From: Octopus sinensis | Taxonomy: Eukaryota | Reading direction: 5' to 3' | Length of the DNA stretch: 64,000 nt | NCBI RefSeq assembly: GCF_006345805.1 | Contig: NC_042997.1 | Coordinates: forward strand, 102,114,001-102,178,000 | Shown here: in pieces, positions 25,054-37,959 of the stretch | Layout of the letters: every line of letters begins with the position of its first letter | How positions within the stretch are numbered: position 1 is the first letter of the stretch | Notes under the pieces: generated by a model | The model's input: the letters and a program-made list of their open reading frames with translations, nothing else | Database searches by the model: none | Told to the model about the DNA's origin: nothing | Translations under genes and position numbers: made by a program

Positions 25054-25170
25054 CTTTTGTCCCCCCATGCCACCGCTTGACAACCGGTGTTTACGTTCTC
25101 GTAACTTAGCGGTTCGACAAATGATACAGAATTAGTATCAGACTTTAAAAAATAAGTACTAGGGGTGGTT
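24860..25170 (+). mobile_element. SINE family B with internal (GT)n
   Basis: ggttccgtcccactgcgcgacactttggaaaagtg head/core and cttgacaaccggtg...ttagcggttcg body. Confidence 0.75.
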
Positions 25171-25234
25171 TCTTAGACTAAACCCTTAAATGCCTTGCTC
25201 TCCCTCGGCCGCACCCCAAAGACTGAAACAAAAG

Positions 25235-25316
<82 letters not shown>

Positions 25317-25973
25317 TATGCGAATGTAGAATATATGAATATGTCTGTATACAAGTATATATTCTTATATTAATACAGTATCGACTTTTATGTAATATAT
25401 TGAGTTGAAGATCATCAATCAATTGAAATTATTTTATTAATTAGTGGGCAAAAACTCATTGTAAGTGTATTTAAATTTTTTATAAGTCAACAAACAACTG
25501 AGACAATTTCAGTTAGATCAGTTGATCGAAATTTCTAGACAAAACAAACAAAGCAGGTCAATGTTTCGTTGAGGAGGATCAGCGGAAATATGCCCGTTGC
25601 TTTTACCAGTTAGTTTTAAAGCCCAGATCTACTCCAATCTGTATTGTCTTTCTTGTCTGTTATTGTCCAAAAATTTCGATTAATTGATCTTGGTGGAGTC
25701 ATCTCCCTTGCTTTTTGTTTTTAGACTTCAAATATTCATAGAAAATTAGTTGTTTTTTTTCCCACTAAAAGTATGCATAAATATATGTCATGTTGACCAG
25801 AACTATTCTTACTTCCATTAATAAAGAGATCATGTGCCTCCTGCCAGGAGGTCTGACTGAGTCGCCTATATCGCTAAGAGTAATAATAGATGTGAAACCA
25901 ATGCTAACGTCCTGAACAGCCATAACCAACGATTACATAGCATGCCTGTATGTATGTACGTAAAAAAAAAAAT

Positions 25974-26270
25974 GGCATTCCGTCGCTTCCGACGATGAGG
26001 ATTCCAGTTGATCCAATCAACGGAACAGCTTGCTCGTGAGATTAACGTGCAAGTGGCTGAGCATTCCACAGACAGGCATACCCCTTCACATACTTCTCAG
26101 GGAGATTCAGCGTGGCTGGCCCCTTGAAATACGGGTACTACTCATTTTTGCCATCTGAGTGGACTGGAGTACCGTGAAATAAAGTGTCTTGCACCACGCC
26201 GCCGAGAATCGAACTCGTGACCCTACGATCGCGAGCCGAATACCTAACCACTAAGCCACGCGCCTTCACA
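25974..26270 (-). mobile_element. tRNA-derived SINE family C
   Basis: Minus head ggcgcgtggcttagtggttagg...gagttcgattctc with intact A and B boxes; tail ...ggatcaactggaatcctcatcgtcggaagcgacggaatgcc. Confidence 0.85.
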
Positions 26271-26899
26271 AATGCATGTATGTATGTGTATGTATGTATG
26301 TATGTATGTATGTATGTATGTATGTATTTCTTTATTGTAGTAGATTCCATTGTTTCGCCATTTGGTGTCAGAGGTATCCCCTAAAAAGTAATCACGCTGA
26401 CAATCTATTCTTATGCAGAACAGTAACAGCTGTACTTTTTCTACCTTTTCTAAATGCATTTAGCAAGGAAAATAACAGCTTTAACCTGAAACCGAAGCCG
26501 CTTCTCAAACTTGATCCACTAGAAACTTATCTTCTATTATATGACTTCCGTGTTAAATATTATGTCAATTACTTTTACCCTTTACAGTTCCTCACAAATG
26601 TATGGCGAATCCAAAACGACTCCTCTATCATCCAATTTTCCATACATCTCATTGTTAAATTGATGACTACACCATCTTTGATGTTAAAAAGCTTACAATT
26701 ATTGAAGACCCAAAAACTTTCGTACAAACTGAAACTCTTGTAATTTCAGAAACAGCTTGTATTGGAACAGCACAGTTCGTGTTCACATAATTTTACGTGA
26801 TTGGGCAGCATGTTGTTTATGAACAACATAATAACGCGCCAGCTTCAGCATTCAATCCTCAGAAGAGAAATTGGTAAAAATAGCCATACCCGTTATCTA

Positions 26900-27455
26900 C
26901 AATTCGGTTTTCGTGCCAGAATGTTAGGTAATGACTGTAAAAGTATGATCGTCAAAACAAGCAGCCAAAATGGAGATCTTTGAAAGGATCTCTGGAGTAA
27001 CGTTAGACGACCGGGTGTGTAGCTCGGAGATCAGGGAATTTCTCTAGGTCGAGCTGCTACTTCTCCGTGTTGAGGGGGTCACAGCTCCGGTACAATGAAC
27101 ATGTGATTAGAATGTCGCAGGAAAGAATCGCAAGACAGATTCTTCAAGCCGACAGGAAACGAAGGAGTTCACTAAGAACGAGATGGTGGGATAATATCCA
27201 TAGCTTCAGTAGGTCGCGCTTGGGAATCCAGCAGGAAAGTCTAATAACAGTTGCTTCTGATCCTACGGGGAAGATGCCCAAGAACCGCTAGCGTAGTTAG
27301 AGTGTGTTGCGTCCGGAGCAGCACTTCAGTTTGCCGCCTTCATGCCCTAACAAAAAATACATATTGTGCTACCACCCACTTCTAGCTACGTTAGTGCTAA
27401 GGACCCTACCCACCACGAACTTCCCAAAAATGGTTGGCAGAGAAGATGGATGCGT
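26900..27455 (+). mobile_element. RTE-clade LINE 3' fossil interrupted by a MITE
   Basis: QAAKMEIFERISGVTLDDRV...SQLR..EHVIRMSQERIARQILQA...RTRWWDNI; ends in a gatggatg tail. Confidence 0.8.
27286..27396. mobile_element. 111-bp hAT-type mini-MITE with ends like 12940-13766
   Basis: Ends cgctagcgtagtta / tagctacgttagtg; degenerate 8-bp TSD ccaagaac / ctaaggac. Confidence 0.8.
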
Positions 27456-27557
27456 GGACGAAATATATCCGTAAGCTTAAATCTTGTTTCTCTTTAAGTT
27501 GTCGACCGTACACTGCTTATCCCAGTTTGAAGCCATTTTTTTTTTGATATGATATAG

Positions 27558-27763
27558 CCTCAGAGACTATAGTTTCGCTACCGATTTGCTTTAACTACGA
27601 AATAGCTATAACTGATAACAATGCAGCTATTATCAGCCTTGAAGAACAATTACCAACTGAGCAAAACACAACAGTACGTCCATCTTTTACAAGAGACGTT
27701 TTAAGGAAAAAGAATATGACAAATGTGGAATCATCACCAACTTCTGCAGAAGTTGTTAAATAA
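27558..27763 (+). other. Candidate coding exon or pseudo-exon, unknown product
   Basis: T-rich tract plus AG at 27556-57, then an open frame SETIVSLPICFNYEIAITDNNAAIISLEEQLPTEQNTT...SAEVVK* with purine-first codon bias; no recognised homology. Confidence 0.3.
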
Positions 27764-28038
27764 AAAAAAGAATCTGCCAAAATCATTAATTCTGAGTTTA
27801 TGTAAGCAGTATACTTTGTATAGTTTTTATATAATGTTAAGTTTTCCTAATAGCAGAACAGCTCTTTTTTCTAAGCTTTCCTGACAGCAGAAAAGTTGTT
27901 TATTATTATTTTTCTTTTAAATTGTATTCTCAACAACGTAAGTACATAATCTATCGTCCAGCAACATATATTTTCTTATATTTCGTTTTCCCGAATGGGT
28001 ATTTTTATGTATTCAATTTTGATCTGTCATGCGCTCCA

Positions 28039-28085
<47 letters not shown>

Positions 28086-29714
28086 GCACGCACACACGCA
28101 CACACACGAATACCAGCTCAATGCACGTGACAGCTGAGTAATATCTGGCTTTTTACAATCTGCAGTATTCATTTTACCCGCTCTTAACTCAGCATTAATT
28201 TAGAGCATGTGATAACATGAAAGCAGATCATATATGTAATTTTGCCAAATATTAATATCATTGTTCACTTCATCAGACCCATTTGTATGAAGGCTCATGC
28301 CCTGGTTATTTATTTTCAACAGACTTTGTATGACAGTACAACTCACAAATACACTTGCATTGTTCAAGTTTATTCAGTCTCTTTTGACTCGGAATAATAA
28401 CCGAACCAGAAGAGAGTCAATGGTATTAAAATAAAATACTAATTCTAAAAATAATTTCTCCTTTCCGTTTGTTTTCCTCGAAATAGCATTATTTACATGT
28501 ATTTGATGCTTAGATACAAAGTCAGCTTCACAGAGATTCAGATAAGCTTATGAAGAACGTTAACAAGAAGCTAAATGTCATATTTAGAAAGTAATGGTAG
28601 GGGTGGGATGGACTGAATTAACTTTCTTTTTTGTTTTTGTTTTTTGTTTTTGTTTTTGTTCGTATCTATGAAATTTCTGATTAATTGTTCCAGTCTGAAT
28701 CGACATCCTTATTTGATTTCTTGCCTAACAGAAATGTCCGAGTAATTGATGGTAAGGAAAAAATCGATCGAAATTAATTGTAATAGTGGTTATGTGGCTT
28801 GGATTGATGTTTCTAGATTTTGCTGTAACAGTTTTCTTTTTTCCTTTTTCTTTCTTCTGATCATTGCAAATGGGTAGCCATTTCTAATTGAAATCAACTG
28901 TATTGTTCACATAATTTCTTTGTTATTTATTTCTCTTTAACATAGGTGTGCTAAATAAACATAACTTATGAGAGTATAGAAAAGATTGAGCGAAGTTCAT
29001 GCCTTTCTTTTGAGCATTAGCAAAGAAGGTAGGATAAAACATGGTTACAATAAGGAATCAGAAATGAATCGGAGACTGCTTACCTGGAACGATCGAAGCA
29101 GTGATGAGCTTTTCTGTATTATTAATTTCTATTGACTATTTACGAGACTAACTTTTATAGTTGATTAAACCCACCTCATTATATAAAATAACATTTTCTT
29201 TAATCCTAGATAGGTCAATACTAAACTTTTTTTTATTCATCTCGAACTGTATTTTCCAACGAATCCTTAAAAAAAAACACTATTTTATATTTGGGATAGA
29301 TTTGGTAGATATTTCTAGCAGATAGAGCGATCATGTGGAAGCTTCCGAGTTAGCTCACAACAAGGATAAATATCTTATTCAAAAAGGATTAATAGAGAAA
29401 GTCGGCCTGATTATTAATGAACTAGGGATATAAAGATGCCAAACTGAATATAGTATGTTGTCTCGCGAGTCCGGTAAAGACGGTATTCCAATTTCTTGTA
29501 ATATGAAGAAGCTGTTCTGTGTTCAAATTCCGCCGAGGTTGACTTTGCCTTTCATTCTTTTGGGGTCTATAAATTAAGTACCAGTTGCGTACTGGGGTTA
29601 ATCTAATCGACTGGCCCCCTCCCCCAAAATTTCAGAACTTGTGCCTAGAGTAAAGAAAAAAAATATGAAGAAGCTGCGCAGAAGATTCGTTTATAGTAAT
29701 TAAATGTTTGAGCG

Positions 29715-29910
29715 GCACATTAGCTCACTCCCTCCATGAAATTGATATTACCTGCACAGGTGCAAAGTGTCAAATGCCAAAGTGATCGCAGAGCAACGTT
29801 TAATGAAATGTTTTGCTCAAGAGACACAACGCACCACCCGGTCCGAGGATCAAACCACGATCTTGCGAACGTGAATACAACGCCCCTAACCACAGGGTCA
29901 CGCACCCTTA
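29715..29910 (-). mobile_element. tRNA-derived SINE head
   Basis: gggtgcgtgaccctgtggttagggg...gtggtttgatcctcggaccgg with a ttgagcaaaaca core; a family A fragment precedes it at 29515-29660. Confidence 0.7.
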
Positions 29911-30587
29911 CACCAAACTAGATATAGTAAAGCTTCAAGTACGGTGTATTGTCGTCTCAACCATCTTTACACCTTCCATTTGTCATGGATCAGATGGTTG
30001 ATACCTCTGACTTTCAATGTCATTTTGGCATTCTGACAGTAAAAAATCTATTAAAACTATCAGAAGCCTAGCAATAGTAGGAATCCTTCTGAGGGTTAAA
30101 CGATATAAACAAATAAACACTTTCGCAGGAATGTGACACAAGCAAGTTCAAAAACCTAGTCTTAGGCGTCGTGACAGTGCTAATAACAATATTAAAAATA
30201 ATGTTATAATAACCTTGGCACCAGGCCACAAATTTCGGTGGAGTAGAATAAAATTGTATGACCTTTGCATTTTCCTCAAAGGCATTGCCAGTAAGTAAAG
30301 TGAACTGGAATCGACTTGCCAAAACCTATTTTTCGCTCTACGGCACTCGTCCTCTTTTCTCGTGATATTAACAACTAAATATATTTTTATTAATGTTTAT
30401 ACTGTTTCGAAAAGGTGAAAACAAAGCTTCGAAAACATATACTAAATAGTATATTGCAAAAGTAATGCCAATATTTTGAAGCGACATGTAATCAATTAGA
30501 TCAGAGGTTCTTAAACTTTGTAATATCCTCAGCGCCCCACCCCTATTTTTATGTGTAAATAAATATTTTATATTTTACTAATTTATA

Positions 30588-30745
30588 TAGGAGTGGCTGT
30601 GAGGTAAGTAGCTTGCTTACCAACCACATGATTCCAGGTTCAGTCCCACTGCGTGGCACCTTGGGCGAGTGTCTTCTACTATAACCTCGGGCCGACCAAA
30701 GCCTTGTGAGTGGATTTGGTTGACGGAAACAGAAAGAAGCCGGTC

Positions 30746-30802
<57 letters not shown>

Positions 30803-30834
30803 ATATATATATATGTGGTGTGTGTGTGTGTGTG

Positions 30835-30869
<35 letters not shown>

Positions 30870-31070
30870 TCTGTATTTGTCCCCCAACATCGTTTGACAA
30901 CCGATGCTGGTGTGTTTATGTCCCCGTTACTTAGCGGTCCGGCAAAAGAGACCGATAGAATAAGTACTGGGCTTACAAAGAATAAGTCCTGGGGTCGATT
31001 AGCTCGATTAAAGGCGGTGCCCCAGCTTGGCCGCAGTCAAATGACTGAAACAAGTAAAAGATTAAAAGAT
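30588..31070 (+). mobile_element. Near-intact SINE family B with internal (TA)n(TG)n
   Basis: aggagtggctgtgaggtaag...ggttcagtcccactgcgtggcaccttgggcgagtgtcttctactata...; tail ggcggtgccccagcttggccgcagtcaaatgactgaaacaagtaaaag. Confidence 0.9.
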
Positions 31071-31659
31071 ATACTATGAATCCTTTGGTATCTAATATAA
31101 TATTATATAATTTGTATACAATACTATATTAATATTATAAATTCATATTTTATACAATACTATATTAATATTATAAATTCATATCGTTCCTCTGCTTTCC
31201 TCCAAATGCATCCCCCCCAGCGCCCACCTGGACCCTCTCAACGCCCACCGGAGATGGGATGCGCCTACTTTGAGAACCTATGAATTAGATCAACTCGAGT
31301 ACTTTATGATGCTTCTTTTATCGCCCCGAGAGGACAAACAAGTTCTAATCATTGTTACTCTCATCTTTAGAAATACAGTTAGATATAATACAATGAATAT
31401 CAACGAGAAAGTTTATCTGTGGTCGTTCGAACCGCTAAAAATGGCATCTTAATATCTCTCAGAGCAAATTCCACAATCTTTAAAAAACGGAGAAAGGACA
31501 CATTAGAAAAGTAGTCTGAGATCATTACGGAAAGAATGTCTTTGATTATATGTCTGCTCGATTAGCGTTGACTTAGAACTACACAACAGTATTAGCAACT
31601 AATACGAGGAGATTTTTACAGATGCACCTTGTGTAACATTGTAATTATTATTAAGGCAG

Positions 31660-34120
31660 TCAGTCAGCAGCATAGTTAACGCGCCGGAAAAAAAATGATT
31701 AGCGGCGTGTCGTCCGGCTTAAATGTTTTGAATTCAAATTCCGCCGAGGCCGACTTTGCCTTTGATAAAATAATGTACCAATCAAGTACTGGGATTGATG
31801 TAATCGATTTACCCCCGTCCCTTAGGAACTGCTAGCTTTGTGCCAAAATTAGAAAGAATTATTAAGGCAGCGAGCTGGCAAAGCCGTTAGAGCGTCGGAT
31901 GAAATGTTTAGCGACATTTCTTCCGGCTCTTAACGTTCTGAGTCCAGATTACACCAAAGTCAACTTTGTCTTTCATCCTTTCAGGTTTGATAAAATAAAG
32001 TACCAGATAAGTTCTGAGATCGATGTAATCGACTAATCTGCACTCACAAATGCTCGGCCTTATGCCAAATTTTGAGACAATTTATATTTAGGCAGCGAGC
32101 TGGCAGAATCGTTGCTGCGTCGGACAAAATGCTTGGCAGCATTTCTTCCGGCTGTTATACTTTGGCCTTCATCCCGTTGTGGATTGATAAAATAATTACC
32201 AGTTGAGTACTAGGTTTGATGTAATCGGCTAACTCCACATACCCTGAAATTTCAAATCTGCATATAATAATAAAAATAATAATTCTTTCTAAACCAGCAA
32301 CTTATAAGGGAATGGAAAGCCTACTACATTGACTCCGGACTGGTATTTATTTTATCGATCCCGAAAAGACGGAAGACAAAGTTGTCCTCTTCTGGATTTG
32401 AGCTCAGAACGTAAAGAGCCTGAGAAAACGATTCTGTCAGCTTGCCACCTTCAAAATAATTGTTTCAATTTTTGGCACAAAGCCATTAATTAAGAGGAAA
32501 GGGTTAGTCGATCAAATTGACCCAGCTAATGACCGCTACTTTATTTTTATCGACCCAGAAAGAATGAAAGAAAAGTTGACTTTGGCGAGATTTTAACACA
32601 GAATGTAAAGAACCGGAAGAAGCATTTTGTTCGGCGCACTAACGATTCTGCTAGCTTGCCTACTTCTAAGATAGACACTTTCAGTGGAAAGATAATGACA
32701 AGAAATTGTAGCGGCTAATTTAGGAATTGATCTAATATCATCGTTCTAAGTAAAATCTTTAGAAAAAGGTTAAACCTAAAATACGAAGTTTCAATGAGTT
32801 TGGAAGAACAAATATATGTATCAAAAGTATCGGATTGATACAAACAGTAAAGTTACTAAAAAAATAAAGAAAAACAATGTGTATGTGTGTGTGTGTGGGG
32901 GGGGAGAACATAGCTGTTATTTCTGATATGTTGAGCTTCTTTGTTTCCGAGAATTTTAGTGTTTCTTTCTTTTTGGTGGCACTTGGATATTTTTTTTTTG
33001 AATGAGTTATTTTAAAGGTTGATAAATATAGTTCATAAATATAGTTAATAAAAGTTATTAAAACAACCTTGACTTAATAAGACCAAGAAAGTTGCATTCT
33101 TCATTGATGTTTCTCATAATGACATAAAACGAAGAGCAGTAATTTGTCTTCATCGTTAAAGAACTGAAGGAATCAATATTAAAATTATATGTGTGAACTG
33201 AAGTATTAAAATATTAAGTACAAACCCTTCCCATTATTTAACGATTTTCTTGAAGCATCGTAATTTCTCAGGAGAAATCATTCCTTAGTAATATCTCGAT
33301 GGGAGTCCAAAATATAGAACATTGAAAAGCTTGAAGAGCAGTATCTAGAATTATTTATTCAATTTCAAATCTTTTGATAATAATAATCATTTCTGCTATA
33401 GGTACAATGCTAGAAAGCTGTGGTAATGTGGGTAGAGAAGGGTTAGTCGATTACATCAACCCTAGTGATCAAATGGTACTTACTCTATCGACACGAAATT
33501 CTCCGGCGGAATTTGAACTCAAGTATTAATATTGTCCTTTCTTCTAATGGCACAAGACCTCACACTTAGTCGGAGTGGGTAAGTCGATTACATCGACCAC
33601 AGTACTCAACTGAAACTTATTTTATCGACCTCCAAAGGATGAAAGACAAAGTCAATCTCGGTGGAATTTGAACTCAGAACGTAAAGAAGGGCGAAATGCC
33701 GCCAAGCATTTTGTCTTGTATGCTAACGATTCTGCCAACTCGCCGCCCTGCAGCGTACTAATGTAGTTTTAATACTATCTACTATCGGTACAAAGCCTGG
33801 AATTTGGAGTTGGTGGCTTGTCGAATCCCAATGTTCAACAGGTATTTATTTTATCGAACCCCGAAAGGATGAAAGACAAAGTCGACTTCGGTGAATTTGA
33901 ACTCAGAACGTAAAGATCCGGAAGAAATTCCACTAAGTATTTTGTCCGGCGTGCTAACAATTCTGCCAACTCGTCGCCTTTATGGTTTAAAATTTTAGCA
34001 CAAGGCCAGCAATTTTAAAGGAGGAGTAAGTTGCTTGCGTCGAGCCCTAGTGTTCAGCTGATACTTTCATCAAAATAATGAAAGACAAAGTTGACATCGG
34101 TGGAATTTGAACTCTGATGA
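31660..34120. mobile_element. Cluster of ~9 family A SINEs: 3 plus-strand copies then ~6 minus-strand copies
   Basis: Plus ~31665-31860, 31865-32070, 32091-32255; minus ~32290-32450, 32462-32660, 33405-33520, 33535-33750, 33775-33980, 33985-34115. Confidence 0.85.
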
Positions 34121-34654
34121 TAACAGTAATAACTACGAATAAAACATTTTGCTGTCTTACCACAAACTTTAGTAAATTTGGCACCGTTTTCAATAAAGTT
34201 AGAATTAAATAAATGTCAAATCAATAAGGTTCGTTTGTTTGTTTGTTTGTTAGAATATGAAATAAGGTGAAAAAATTTACAGGTTTATTACTGTTTGACA
34301 CAATACGCCAAGTGAAGACGTCATAATATTTCTTAGGTAACCATTTTTTGAAAATGCTAGTGGATAGGAAGAATCAATACAGTCTCGGACAAAATGCTTT
34401 GTGGTCAGCTTCGTTGTATCCACGGGGCAAATAAATACATAGAGTCCTATACTGCTTATTTATTGACAAAATACTACAACATATATAGGTCAGAAGTGGG
34501 CCCCTACACTCATGAGGAACCTGGACAATTGCTCAATGTATCCGTACCTTAAGATTTTCCCTAATGTCGATATTATTTTACAGCTTTCCGTGAATAATAA
34601 AATATATACCAGTGAAATAGTGGAGATATTATGATTGACTAGCTCCACCTTCAA

Positions 34655-34783
34655 AACATGTGGTTAAAAAGCTCGCTATGCAACTACCTGGCTTCGAGTT
34701 CAAGCCAGCTGTGTGGCACACTTTGGTTCAGGTATCTTCTGCTATAGCCCCACACCGACCAATGCCCTGTGAGTTGGTAGACG

Positions 34784-34816
<33 letters not shown>

Positions 34817-34817
34817 A

Positions 34818-34867
<50 letters not shown>

Positions 34868-35100
34868 ATGCATACGTATTTATGTAGGTATGTATTATGC
34901 GTCTTTGTGTTCTGTTTGTCCTCCATTACCACTTGACAACCAGTGTTGGTTTGTTTGCATTCCCGTAAATTAGGGGTTTGGTAGAGACTATAAAATAAGT
35001 GTGACACTTAAAAAGGTTCCTGGGGTCGATTTATTCCTCTGAACTTTCTAAGGTGGTGTCCTAGCATGGCCGCAGTCCAATGAGTGAAACAAGTAAAAGA
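34655..35100 (+). mobile_element. SINE family B with internal microsatellite
   Basis: Head, (CT)n(TA)n(GT)n, cttgacaacc body and catggccgcagtccaatgagtgaaacaagtaaaag tail. Confidence 0.8.
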
Positions 35101-35259
35101 GAAAAATGTGAAAGGGATTTCCTTAAAGTTCTTTTATATTTCATTAGAAATAATATTACTGAATCGAAATCAAGATATTTAAGATTAATTGCTTCTTTAT
35201 ATATTTAAATACTATACTGGATTGATTAATTGCACTTAGTTAATCATATAATGGTATCT

Positions 35260-36130
35260 GGTTTTGGGCACAGCGTTACCAATTTTGAGGGGAGGGAAAT
35301 TAGTCGATTACAACAATCTCAGTACTTAACAGGCACTTTATTTTATCTCGGAAGGATAAAATGCGAAGTTGACTTCTACGAGATTTGAATTCAGACTGTA
35401 AAGAGCCGGAAGAGATACTGCAAAGCATTTTTCTTTTTTTTTGCGACGCTCTAATTATTCTGACAGCTCGCCTCGTTAAAAAGAACTCTTAATACCATCA
35501 ATCAAATGCTAAAAGAAATAACATGAGGTTTGGTGCCAAAAAATAAACAGAAGCGCAGACTGCGTCTCTGGAATATTATTTGAGAAGGAGACAATCATTT
35601 TGCTTTCAGTTACAGAGTCATCTTTGTGAGTTGCAGAAAACTTTACCAAATGCAGAAGGCCAGCAAGCAACCATGAGTGAGGAATAGAATAAAATGTCTT
35701 TCTGGTTTGGTTGATCCTCTCCTCACTATTTCGACAAATATAGCAGAAGCGAAACATGTCCAGAGTTGTCTGTCGTACTTGCCGTGGAAATTAAAATATT
35801 CTTTTCTACTCTAGGCACAAGGCCAACATTTTTTGGGAGAGGAGCCCAGTCGATTAGATAGACCCCCACTACGCAACATGCGGCCTTGGGTAGATGATAG
35901 AAATCATTTCTGTTTTGCATATACCTAGGCGCAGACATAGCTGTGTGGTTAAAAAGCTCGCTATGCAACTAGCTGGCTTCGAGTTCAAGCCAGCTTAATT
36001 TATCGACCTCCGAAAGGATGTAAGGCAAAGTCGACCTCAGCAGAATTTGAACTCAGAATGTAAAGACAGACGAAATACTGCTAAGCATTTCTCCCGGCGT
36101 GCTAACGTTTCTGCCAGCTCGCCGACTTCG
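35260..36130 (-). mobile_element. Two family A SINEs, the second interrupted by a ~115-bp insert
   Basis: 35260-35480, and 35775-36130 split around an insert at ~35880-35994 that carries a family B head. Confidence 0.75.
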
Positions 36131-36868
36131 AAAATTGAAATAATATTGTTGGTCTAGTGTTGGGTCTGTTCGTTTTATTCACCAAAATGTTTGTTAAGAT
36201 ATTGTCACAGCGATTTTAATTAATTTCCTAGATGTATGACTTTATAATGGCATACGGAAAATGATTTACTGTGGAAAAGGAACTTGTACTCACTGGTAAA
36301 TTCGAGTTATCGTGTATTTAGATTTCAAGTACTAATATCTAGAAAATACATTTTAACTAACATTCTGCAAGTATATTCTGTGCATGGTTTAAGTTAACAT
36401 TAATATTTCAAATTTGTAGGAAAAATGATATAGTATTATGTGCATGCTTTTATCTTCTGGAAAGTTAGTATATCGGTTATTTTAATATTTTTAGTATAAT
36501 TCAGTTTTATAAAACTAAGAAAAAAAATAAAGAATATATGTATATAATGAAAGAAAAGCAGCCATACAGGATGTGACTATAATCATTTGCATCATCAAGC
36601 TAACAAACCTAATAATTTGATCCAAATATCAGTTACTAAAATAGCATTGAGCTAATTTTCTCAATTTCCGAACTAATATTTCTACCATGGAAAATATTAT
36701 GCCCAATGATAAAACGCCAGTTCGGAAATACAAAATACAATTATAAAAAAGAAGCAAAAAAAAAAAGAAAAAGATATTTCAGATACAAGTGCAGATTGGT
36801 CAAATAGGTAATTTTGACGGGAAAAAATGTTCCTTACTATATATACGTGCATATATATATATATATAT

Positions 36869-37231
36869 ACTAGCAGTATCGCCCGGCGTTGCTCGGGTTT
36901 GTAAGGGAAATAACTATAAATATTTTTAGAGAGTTATAGCCAAAAAATGGGGAAAAAATGATGGTAAATTGTTTTTAGTTAAAAAGGTCGAGTTGCGTCC
37001 CCTAGACAGTCTGTGGTTTGTGTTTCTGATTGTCGACCCCATGTCGAATTTATTGATTTTTTTCAGAACTGGGGGAACTTTTCAAAATTTTCGCTGCGTT
37101 AGTTTTGAATTATGACATTGGGCTATGTGTGTGTCAAGTTTCATCAGAATCGGTTGAAAGCCGTGGTCAGGGTGAGGGTACAACCAAACAGACACACAGA
37201 CACACACACAGACAAACTGCCGTTTATATAT

Positions 37232-37237
<6 letters not shown>
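36869..37237 (+). mobile_element. HINE-like element
   Basis: actagcagtatcgcccggcgttgctcggg ... cagacaaactgccgtttatatatagagat; inserted in (TA)n. Confidence 0.65.
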
Positions 37238-37294
<57 letters not shown>

Positions 37295-37589
37295 ATATAC
37301 ATACATACATACATACATACATACATACATACATACATGTGTGTGTGTGGTGTGTGTGTGTGTGCGTGTGTATGTATGTATATTTATATGAGTGTGTACA
37401 TACGCACATACATACATACATATATATTTGAGGCTAATTGTCAGTATCGTTTGAGCGTCGGATAAATCACTTTGGAGTAAATCGTTCCGACTCCCAAATC
37501 TTGCTGCAGTCAACTCTACCTTGCATTCTTACGAAATGAATAAATCAAGTACTAGTTTTGTTCAGGGGTTCGATTATTATCTTTCTCTA

Positions 37590-37678
<89 letters not shown>

Positions 37679-37837
37679 GCTATATCTATGTATCTAGCTG
37701 TCTCCTATGGAAGAAATTAACTGTGGTTGGTCTTGGAGAGGAACGCGTTCTGCCATGTCTGCAATATATCCAAGAGACGCCGTATTTCACGACGGTGCCC
37801 CTTCGACTCCATCAATGTGTAACGAGCACATGGCATG

Positions 37838-37922
<85 letters not shown>

Positions 37923-37959
37923 GCGCATGGCAGAATTTTGGAGGGAAAATTTACGTTCC

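Noticed and set aside
25974-26270. Genuine tRNA genes in SINE heads (also 588, 29830-29910, 61758)
   Set aside because: The acceptor stems do not close and the heads run into SINE bodies.
26570-26880. Foreign DNA using TAA=Gln (ciliate-type code)
   Set aside because: Only a few stops over a short stretch, embedded among host repeats; ordinary decay in AT-rich DNA is sufficient.
31660-34120. CRISPR-like repeat-spacer array
   Set aside because: Units are ~200-bp diverged SINEs in both orientations in a eukaryotic context, with no cas genes.
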